Of a stretch of 64,000 nt of DNA, positions 56,675-64,000 are shown piece by piece. The stretch lies in the NCBI GenBank assembly GCA_014867205.1, contig WGUO01000019.1, forward strand, positions 6,239 to 70,238, read 5' to 3'. The number at the start of each line of letters is the position of its first letter. The first letter of the stretch is position 1. Source of the DNA: Muribaculaceae bacterium. Lineage in GTDB: Bacteria > Bacteroidota > Bacteroidia > Bacteroidales > Muribaculaceae. A model generated the notes under the pieces. It was not told the origin of the DNA, searched no databases, and saw only the letters and a program-made list of their open reading frames with translations. Both the position numbers and the translations under genes were made by a program.

Positions 56675-58534
56675 ATGGCAGAAAAAAAAGAAACATTGTT
56701 CGACATGTTCCCGCCTGTCACCACCGATGAGTGGAAGGCGAAGATAACAGCCGACCTGAAGGGCGCCGACTTCGACCGTAAACTGGTTTGGCGCACCAAC
56801 GAGGGCTTTAACGTTCAGCCCTTCTATCGTCGTGAGGATCTTGAGGGACTTCCGGCGCTCGACACTATGCCGGGAGAGTTCCCGTACCTGCGCGGCACAC
56901 GCGACAATAATGACTGGCTTGTGCGTCAGGCAGTGATCGGCGACACGGCTGAAGAGATGAACGACCATGCGCTTCACATACTGAACCGTGGAGTTGAGTC
57001 GCTCGGTATCCGTCTGGGCAAGAACGTGAAGGCTGCTGATCTGGCTGTGGTTCTCAAGGACATCGACCTCAAGAAGGTTGAGGTTAACATCGACTGCTGC
57101 CCCGGCTGTGCAGTAGAGGTGGCAAAAGAACTTGTAAGGCTTGTCAACGAGGCCGGCGCCGCAGATGAGTTCCGTGGCTCTGTTGGCTATAATCCCTTCA
57201 AGCGTCTTCTTAAGCATGGCCTCGCCTTCCCCAAGGATGCTGTTGCGGAGGGTAAGGCTCTTTACGAGGCTGTAAAGGAAGTAAAGGGTCTCCGTTGCTT
57301 TGCTGTTGACAGTTACATGTTCAACAATGCGGGCGCATATATTACTCAGGAACTCGGATATGCACTGGCATGGGGAGCGGAGTGGCTCACCATGATGACA
57401 GAGGCTGGCCTCAAGGCAGAAGAGGTTGCTTGCCGTGTCAAGTTCAACATGGGTATCTCATCCAACTATTTCATGGAGCTTGCCAAGTTCCGTGCCGGCC
57501 GTATGCTGTGGGCCGAGATCGTGAAGGCATACAATCCTGCCTGCGACTGCGCATGCAAGATGGCTGTGCATGCAGTGACAAGTGAGTTCAACCAGACTCT
57601 TTATGACTCGCACGTGAATCTGCTCCGTTCTATGACAGAGACGATGAGCGCCGCCCTCGCAGGCGTAGACTCTATCGAGACTCTGCCGTTCGACCGCTGC
57701 TACAAGCGTCCCGACGAGTTCAGCGAGCGTATCGCGCGCAACCAGCAGATTCTGCTTCGCGACGAGTCTCACCTCAACAAGGTTGTCGACCCGGCCGGTG
57801 GCTCCTATTATATAGAGACTCTTACATCGTCGATTGCTGCCCAGGCCTGGAAGGTATTCCAGGAGGTTGAGGACAATGGCGGCTTCGACGCCATGCTCCG
57901 CAAGGGTGAGATTCAGGGTAAGGTCAACGAGTCGGGTGTAAAGCGTCATCTTGATGTTGCACGCCGCAAGGAAAGCCTGCTCGGAACAAACCAGTTCCCC
58001 AACTTTAATGAGATGGCCCTCGACAAGGTCAACGGCGAGTGCCGCTGCACATGCGGATGTGCCGGAGATGAGGTTGTCGACGGTGCTGTCGCAGCGCTTA
58101 ACTTCGACCGCGCTGCAAGCCAGTTCGAGCAGTTGCGTCTCGACACCGAGCGTGCCGCCAACCGTCCCAAGGTGTTCATGCTTACAATCGGAAATCTCGC
58201 GATGCGCCTTGCCCGCGCGCAGTTCTCCTCGAACTTCTTCGGCTGCGCAGGATATGAGATTATAGACAATATCGGTTTCGAGACCGTCAAGGAGGGTATC
58301 GACGCCGCTATGGAGAAGGGTGCCGATGTCGTGGTGCTCTGCTCAAGCGACGACGAGTATGCGGCATATGCACCCGAGGCATTCAAGGAACTCGACGGCC
58401 GCGCGCTGTTCGTGGTTGCCGGCGCTCCCGCCTGCATGGATGACCTCAAGGCAGCCGGTATCGAGAACTTCATCCACGTGAAGGTAAACGTTCTCGACAC
58501 TCTCGTAGATTTCAACGCAAAACTCCTCAAATAA
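56675..58534 (+). CDS. mutA: Methylmalonyl-CoA mutase small subunit
   Basis: Motifs PGEFPYLRG, RIARNQQ, DPAGGSYYIE and LCSSDDEY. It lacks the DxHxxG motif. Confidence 0.95.
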   Translation: MAEKKETLFDMFPPVTTDEWKAKITADLKGADFDRKLVWRTNEGFNVQPFYRREDLEGLPALDTMPGEFPYLRGTRDNNDWLVRQAVIGDTAEEMNDHALHILNRGVESLGIRLGKNVKAADLAVVLKDIDLKKVEVNIDCCPGCAVEVAKELVRLVNEAGAADEFRGSVGYNPFKRLLKHGLAFPKDAVAEGKALYEAVKEVKGLRCFAVDSYMFNNAGAYITQELGYALAWGAEWLTMMTEAGLKAEEVACRVKFNMGISSNYFMELAKFRAGRMLWAEIVKAYNPACDCACKMAVHAVTSEFNQTLYDSHVNLLRSMTETMSAALAGVDSIETLPFDRCYKRPDEFSERIARNQQILLRDESHLNKVVDPAGGSYYIETLTSSIAAQAWKVFQEVEDNGGFDAMLRKGEIQGKVNESGVKRHLDVARRKESLLGTNQFPNFNEMALDKVNGECRCTCGCAGDEVVDGAVAALNFDRAASQFEQLRLDTERAANRPKVFMLTIGNLAMRLARAQFSSNFFGCAGYEIIDNIGFETVKEGIDAAMEKGADVVVLCSSDDEYAAYAPEAFKELDGRALFVVAGAPACMDDLKAAGIENFIHVKVNVLDTLVDFNAKLLK

Positions 58535-58546
58535 ACCGCTAATATC

Positions 58547-60691
58547 ATGAGACCTAATTTTAAAGAAATAGATATCACAAAGATAACGGCTCCGGCGAGC
58601 CGTCAGCAGGTTTCCGGTGAGGAGTGGCTCACCGCCGAGCTCATCCCAGTGAAGCCTGTATACTCAAAAGAGGACCTCGAGGGCATGGAGCATCTCGACT
58701 ATGTATCGGGTCTTCCTCCGTTCCTGCGTGGACCCTACAGCGCAATGTATCCCATGCGCCCCTGGACTATCCGCCAGTATGCCGGATTCTCTACCGCAGC
58801 TGAGTCAAACGCATTCTACCGCCGCAACCTCGCGTCAGGCCAGAAGGGCCTTTCTGTTGCCTTCGACCTCCCCACTCACCGCGGATACGACGCCGACCAT
58901 GAGCGTGTTGTCGGTGATGTCGGCAAGGCTGGTGTCTCGATCTGCTCGCTTGAGGACATGAAGGTCCTCTTCGACGGCATTCCGTTGAACAAGATGTCTG
59001 TATCTATGACAATGAACGGCGCGGTGCTGCCCGTGCTCGCGTTCTATATCAACGCCGGACTCGAGCAGGGCGCAAGCCTCCAGGAGATGGCCGGCACCAT
59101 CCAGAACGATATCCTCAAGGAGTTCATGGTGCGCAACACATACATCTATCCCCCGGCATTCTCGATGAAGATTATCGCCGACATCTTCGAGTACACATCG
59201 AAGAACATGCCCAAGTTCAACTCTATCTCTATCTCCGGCTACCATATGCAGGAGGCCGGCGCTACAGCCGACATCGAGCTTGCCTACACACTTGCCGACG
59301 GCCTTGAGTATCTTCGCGCCGGTGTGAACGCAGGAATGGATATCGACTCCTTCGCTCCGCGTCTGTCATTCTTCTGGGGCATCTCGATGAACTACTTCAT
59401 GGAGATCGCCAAGATGCGTGCCGCACGTATGCTTTGGGCAAAGATCGTCAAGCAGTTCAACCCGAAGAACCCGAAGTCGCTGGCTCTGCGTACACACTGC
59501 CAGACTTCCGGATGGTCGCTCACAGAGCAGGATCCCTTCAACAATGTTGGACGTACCTGTGTCGAGGCTATGGGTGCTGTTCTCGGCCACACTCAGTCTC
59601 TTCACACCAACGCGCTCGACGAGGCTATTGCCCTGCCTACCGATTTCTCGGCACGTATCGCGCGCAACACCCAGATCTATATCCAGGAGGAGACCTATGT
59701 CTGCAAGCAGGTTGACCCGTGGGGAGGCTCTTATTATGTGGAGAGCCTTACCAATGAGATCGCGCACCGTGCCTGGGAGCACATCCAGGAGATCGAGAAA
59801 CTCGGCGGCATGGCCAAGGCAATCGAGACCGGACTTCCCAAGCTCCGCATCGAGGAGGCCGCCGCACGCACGCAGGCACATATCGACTCAGGCAAGCAGA
59901 CTATCGTCGGCATCAATAAGTTCCGCCTCGATCATGAGGATCCCATCGATATCCTTGAGGTCGACAACACCGAGGTCCGCAAGGAGCAGATCGCACGCCT
60001 TGAGGACCTCCGCAAGAACCGTGACGAGGAGGCTGTGAAGAAGGCCCTCAACGACATCACAGAGGCTGTGAAGGATCCGTCGAAGGGCAATCTTCTCGAC
60101 CTTGCAGTCAAGGCCGCCGGACTCCGCGCGTCGCTGGGAGAGATCTCAGACGCATGCGAGGCTGTCGTGGGACGTTATAAAGCAGTAATCAAAACTATCT
60201 CAGGAGTGTACAGCAACGAAGAGAAGGGTGATCCCGAGTTTGAGGAAGCCCGTCGCGCTGTCGCCGACTTCGCTAAGCGCGAGGGCCGCCAGCCGCGTAT
60301 CATGATCGCAAAGATGGGTCAGGACGGCCACGACCGTGGCGCAAAGGTTGTCGCCACCGGTTATGCCGACTGTGGTTTCGATGTCGATATGGGACCGCTG
60401 TTCCAGACTCCCGCAGAGGCTGCCCGTCAGGCTGTGGAGAACGATGTGCATATTCTCGGCGTCTCCTCGCTTGCCGCCGGTCACAAGACCCTCATACCGC
60501 AGGTAATAGAGGAACTGAAGAAACTCGGCCGCGAGGATATCCTCGTGACTGCAGGAGGCGTTATCCCGGCCCAGGACTATGACTTCCTCTACAAGGCGGG
60601 TGTGGCAGCCATCTTCGGCCCCGGCACACGTATCCCCAAGAGTGCGATCGAGATGATCCGTATTCTCAACGAGGAGCGTGCCGCTGAGTAA
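58547..60691 (+). CDS. scpA: Methylmalonyl-CoA mutase large subunit (B12-dependent)
   Basis: Motifs [21 protein letters not shown] and the B12-binding GQDGHDRG. Confidence 0.97.
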   Translation: MRPNFKEIDITKITAPASRQQVSGEEWLTAELIPVKPVYSKEDLEGMEHLDYVSGLPPFLRGPYSAMYPMRPWTIRQYAGFSTAAESNAFYRRNLASGQKGLSVAFDLPTHRGYDADHERVVGDVGKAGVSICSLEDMKVLFDGIPLNKMSVSMTMNGAVLPVLAFYINAGLEQGASLQEMAGTIQNDILKEFMVRNTYIYPPAFSMKIIADIFEYTSKNMPKFNSISISGYHMQEAGATADIELAYTLADGLEYLRAGVNAGMDIDSFAPRLSFFWGISMNYFMEIAKMRAARMLWAKIVKQFNPKNPKSLALRTHCQTSGWSLTEQDPFNNVGRTCVEAMGAVLGHTQSLHTNALDEAIALPTDFSARIARNTQIYIQEETYVCKQVDPWGGSYYVESLTNEIAHRAWEHIQEIEKLGGMAKAIETGLPKLRIEEAAARTQAHIDSGKQTIVGINKFRLDHEDPIDILEVDNTEVRKEQIARLEDLRKNRDEEAVKKALNDITEAVKDPSKGNLLDLAVKAAGLRASLGEISDACEAVVGRYKAVIKTISGVYSNEEKGDPEFEEARRAVADFAKREGRQPRIMIAKMGQDGHDRGAKVVATGYADCGFDVDMGPLFQTPAEAARQAVENDVHILGVSSLAAGHKTLIPQVIEELKKLGREDILVTAGGVIPAQDYDFLYKAGVAAIFGPGTRIPKSAIEMIRILNEERAAE

Positions 60692-60716
60692 TAATTTGAC
60701 TTTCAACTTATACTGT

Positions 60717-60755
60717 GCAGGGTGTGGCCAATAGACGCCACACCCTGCCTTTGTT
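60717..60755 (+). terminator. Terminator after mutAB
   Basis: 12-bp stem gcagggtgtggc/gccacaccctgc followed by ctttgtt. Confidence 0.7.
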
Positions 60756-60826
60756 CGCAATATTCAGCAAGTTTCGACGTATATAATAGGGGAGGTATCC
60801 GCTCCCTTCTTATTACCTGAGGATTC

Positions 60827-61615
60827 ATGATTAAGAACGATATAGACCGTCCGCTTTACACCGATATAGATACCCCGTTGTATTCTATCGAGGATGACGA
60901 GTCCCCCCTGTACTCTCTTGAAGACGAACCTGATAAGGCTAATGATGACAAGAAGCCCGATAATGAGGGTGATGATGATGACCCTTATTCCGAAGATGAG
61001 AATGAAGATGCTGTAGAGGAGGATGAGGAGGAATCCGCAGCGCAGGCTGTGCCTAAACGCCCCAGACCGGTAGGCTCAATGCTACGGACCATGTTCACTC
61101 CTGTCGAGGGCTGGAAATTCCTTAAGCGTGCCCGCTTCACCACAGATGAGTTCGCCTCACGGTGCTTCTATCCGTTGATTGCCTTGGCTGCCATCTCTGA
61201 GATTGCCAATGTCTTCTATGAGGCCAACTTCACACTGGCCGACTGGGCAGTTGAGGGACTCGGCACATTCATGACCTTTTTCTTCGGTTATTTTACAGTG
61301 ATACTGTTGGGGGGCATCATATTGCCGCGTCAGTCACGCGACATTCTACGCAAGGATATCGGCCGACAGTTCGTTATGCTCGCCATGTCGACACTCGCTC
61401 TTTTCTGGATATTTATAAACATAATGCCGATGTTTGAGCCGGTCCTCGTGTTCCTTCCGCTATGGACAATATATCTTGTCTATAAGGGAGTACGCATTCT
61501 TCGGGTTCCCAAGGACGCTGAGAACTCAACCACCGGCCTGCTGTGTATGCTCATAATCGGAGCCCCGTTACTTTGGGACTGGCTTCTTGAATACGTCCTT
61601 CACGCGAAACTGTAA
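60827..61615 (+). CDS. Yip1/DUF1282-like membrane protein with an acidic, repeat-containing N-terminus
   Basis: D/E-rich N-terminal ~70 aa, then MFTPVEGW, FYPLIAL, LWTIYLVYKG and about five TM segments. Confidence 0.7.
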   Translation: MIKNDIDRPLYTDIDTPLYSIEDDESPLYSLEDEPDKANDDKKPDNEGDDDDPYSEDENEDAVEEDEEESAAQAVPKRPRPVGSMLRTMFTPVEGWKFLKRARFTTDEFASRCFYPLIALAAISEIANVFYEANFTLADWAVEGLGTFMTFFFGYFTVILLGGIILPRQSRDILRKDIGRQFVMLAMSTLALFWIFINIMPMFEPVLVFLPLWTIYLVYKGVRILRVPKDAENSTTGLLCMLIIGAPLLWDWLLEYVLHAKL

Positions 61616-61734
61616 AGGCAGTCCTGGTTGAGAGTAGAAGGCCTGATTGCAAAACTATAATCGGAGAGAATTGTTAATAAAACAGAATATCTCTCCGATT
61701 GCTTTATTCAATAACCGATATAATACTCTGAATC

Positions 61735-62694
61735 ATGCACATGGCCGATGCTCTCGTGTCGGCGCCGGTAGCGATAACAGCCGGTGTCGCCGCAGCCGCT
61801 CTTATAGTGGTGGCTTCAAAACAGGTTTCGCGAATACGTCGTGATGACATACTTCCGCTTATGGGTGTCATGGGCGCATTCGTGTTCGCGGCGCAGATGA
61901 TCAACTTCTCTATTCCAGGCACCGGCTCAAGCGGACATATCATAGGGGGTGTCCTTCTCGGCGCCCTGATGGGACCCTGGGCCGGTTTCATTACCCTTGC
62001 CTCGGTGCTGATAATACAGTGCCTCGTGTTTGCCGACGGAGGCCTGATGGCACTGGGCTGCAACCTGATCAATATGGGCGCGATGAGTTGCCTCGTGGCA
62101 TATCCTCTGATATACAGTCCGATCGCAGGCCGTTCAGTGTCAAAGGGCCGCATAATGCTGGCCTCTGTCGTTGCCTGTGTGGTCGGCCTTGAACTGGGTG
62201 CGCTTCTTGTCACCGGCGAGACAGAACTCTCGGGCATAACCGCTCTGCCGACAGCCGAGTTTCTGATGTTCATGCTTCCGATTCATCTTGCAATCGGCAT
62301 TTGCGAGGGACTCGCAACCGGGACGGTTCTCTGCTTTGTGGCCTCTTACAAGCCGGATATGCTCTATAATGCGAAACGCACCTATTCCGAGACAGGCAGG
62401 CGCATGTCTCCCCGTACCCGGAATGTGCTTATAGCGCTGGGGGCTGTTGCCCTCGTGTTCGCCGTCACGTTCTCATGGCTGGCTTCATCAGACCCGGACG
62501 GACTTGAATGGTCGATATCGCGCATAACAGGCGCCACAGAACTGGCACCGGCCGCAATGCCACCTACTGCTGTTCTTCCCGATTATGACTCGACATTCTC
62601 GGGCGTCATAGGGGGCGTTATAGTCATGGCGCTCCTGTGGGGATTCTGTTCGATCATATTCCGCAGAACGAAGAAGTCTCATGTCAAAGCTTGA
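61735..62694 (+). CDS. cbiM: ECF Co/Ni transporter substrate component CbiM/NikM fused to a PDGLE (NikN-like) domain
   Basis: N-terminal MHMAD, AFVFAAQMINF, GSSGH, ADGG and ASSDPDGLEW. Confidence 0.88.
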   Translation: MHMADALVSAPVAITAGVAAAALIVVASKQVSRIRRDDILPLMGVMGAFVFAAQMINFSIPGTGSSGHIIGGVLLGALMGPWAGFITLASVLIIQCLVFADGGLMALGCNLINMGAMSCLVAYPLIYSPIAGRSVSKGRIMLASVVACVVGLELGALLVTGETELSGITALPTAEFLMFMLPIHLAIGICEGLATGTVLCFVASYKPDMLYNAKRTYSETGRRMSPRTRNVLIALGAVALVFAVTFSWLASSDPDGLEWSISRITGATELAPAAMPPTAVLPDYDSTFSGVIGGVIVMALLWGFCSIIFRRTKKSHVKA

Positions 62695-63460
62695 GAATGT
62701 ACTTGTATCGCTTAACTCGTTGAGCCGGCCCGCGTGCGGAGCGGCCCGGCCCGTCTCGATGCTTGTCGTTACTCTGGTTTATCTCGTGGCGGTGCTGAGT
62801 GTTCCGCTGTATGCTCCGCAGCAGCTCGTCTGGCTTGGGGTCTACCCGGTAGTGCAGTCGGAGATGTCGGGCATAGGTTATCGGCGCGTTTTTGTCAAGT
62901 CGCTGTGGGTATTGCCCCTTATAGTGTTGATAGGGATGTTTAACCCGATTCTTGACACCGGTGAGGCATTCCGCGTGGGTGATGTTGCCGTGAGCCGTGG
63001 ATGGGTTAGTTTTCTCTCGATTCTGTTGCGAGGCCTTTTCGCTGTGCAGGCTGTGGTGATTCTCACGCTTTCAGTCGGTTTCTACGACATGTGTGCCTCG
63101 CTTCGCCGGATAGGTTGTCCCCGGGTGCTTGTGACGCAATTGCAGTTCACATACCGCTATCTGATGGTTGTCATAGAGGAGGCAATCGGCATGGACCGCG
63201 CCCGCAAGGCCAGAGGGTTCGGCCGTGAGAGTTATCCGCTGCATATGTGGGGACGTCTTGTGGGTCAGTTGATGATTCGCAGTTACGAGCGAGCCTCGAG
63301 GATACACCGTGCAATGCTTGCCCGTGGATTTAACGGCACGATGCCGGCTTCGGGCATTGCAGGAGGCAGCGGCGCCTCCTGGCTGTTTATGATCGGATGG
63401 ATAGTCGTGATAGTGGCGCTGAGAGTGTTCGACATGTCTCGACTGCTTATAAGCGCTTAG
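62681..63460 (+). CDS. cbiQ: ECF transmembrane component CbiQ/NikQ
   Basis: Motifs FTYRY, RKARG and RSYERASRIHRAMLARGF. Confidence 0.88.
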   Translation: MSKLENVLVSLNSLSRPACGAARPVSMLVVTLVYLVAVLSVPLYAPQQLVWLGVYPVVQSEMSGIGYRRVFVKSLWVLPLIVLIGMFNPILDTGEAFRVGDVAVSRGWVSFLSILLRGLFAVQAVVILTLSVGFYDMCASLRRIGCPRVLVTQLQFTYRYLMVVIEEAIGMDRARKARGFGRESYPLHMWGRLVGQLMIRSYERASRIHRAMLARGFNGTMPASGIAGGSGASWLFMIGWIVVIVALRVFDMSRLLISA

Positions 63461-63499
63461 CGCAAGGTTATTAATATAGTTATTTATGGAGAGTCGCCT

Positions 63500-64000
63500 A
63501 TGAGTCACCACTATATTCAGTTTAATGACGTTCGGTTCAGTTATCCGCGGGGCGGGGAGGTGCTTCATGGCATAGATTTCCGGATTACCCACGGAGAGCA
63601 TGTTGCCCTGCTTGGCCTCAATGGCTCCGGCAAGTCTACGTTACTGCTTCAGATCAATGGTTTGCTGATGCCGACGTCTGGCAGTGTCGTAGTCGGTGAC
63701 ATCCCTGTCACAAAGAAGACATTCCGGCTTGTGAGGCAGACGGTAGGAATGGTGTTCCAGAATCCTGATGACATGCTGTTCATGCCCACAATCGGCGAGG
63801 ACGTGGCGTTTGGACCCCGAAATATGGGACTCCCCGAAGATGAGGTACGCCGTCGTACCGACGGTGCATTGCAGGCTGTAGGACTTGAGGGCATGGGCGA
63901 CAGGCCGGCGTTCACCCTGTCGGGTGGTCAGAGGCGTGCGGCCGCGATAGCGTCAGTATTGTCTATGGAACCCGACATTCTGGTGCTCGATGAGCCGTCG
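63500..64000 (+). CDS. cbiO: ECF ATPase CbiO/NikO; runs off the window end
   Basis: Not in the ORF track. Manual translation: MSHHYIQFNDVRFSY...GLNGSGKST...VFQNPDD...LSGGQRR...LVLDEPS. Confidence 0.9.
   Translation, partial: MSHHYIQFNDVRFSYPRGGEVLHGIDFRITHGEHVALLGLNGSGKSTLLLQINGLLMPTSGSVVVGDIPVTKKTFRLVRQTVGMVFQNPDDMLFMPTIGEDVAFGPRNMGLPEDEVRRRTDGALQAVGLEGMGDRPAFTLSGGQRRAAAIASVLSMEPDILVLDEPS

Noticed and set aside
251..63915. Numerous long antisense or alternate-frame ORFs (e.g. 2566..3642-, 6000..6803+, 17202..18023-, 37031..37819+, 57946..58578-)
   Set aside because: They shadow well-supported genes and have no recognisable motifs, as expected from codon bias.

Overview
This is a chromosomal window from a Bacteroidales genome, probably Muribaculaceae-like. 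That placement is inferred from TAnnTTTG promoters, the fused lpxC/fabZ gene and short T9SS-type C-terminal tails. Housekeeping genes include the succinate/propionate pathway at both ends (carboxyltransferase and mce; mdh, mutAB and a Co/Ni ECF transporter), lpxD-lpxC/fabZ-lpxA, dprA, radA, a Fur-family regulator and a rubredoxin missed by the ORF track. Accessory genes include a GH35 beta-galactosidase and two tandem Omp28-like secreted proteins. A 1121-codon secreted GH13 amylase with CBM26-like and CBM74-like modules is interrupted by one in-frame TAG just upstream of its catalytic nucleophile. A ~22-kb Wzx/Wzy polysaccharide locus (29523-51423) has only one elongating glycosyltransferase, but carries two amino-sugar pathways and a doubled ACP/KAS III/SDR acyl-building cassette with an AMP ligase, ATP-grasp ligase, deacetylase and serine hydrolase. 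I saw no rRNA, tRNA, CRISPR array or transposase. All family calls come from motif recognition by eye; no searches were run.
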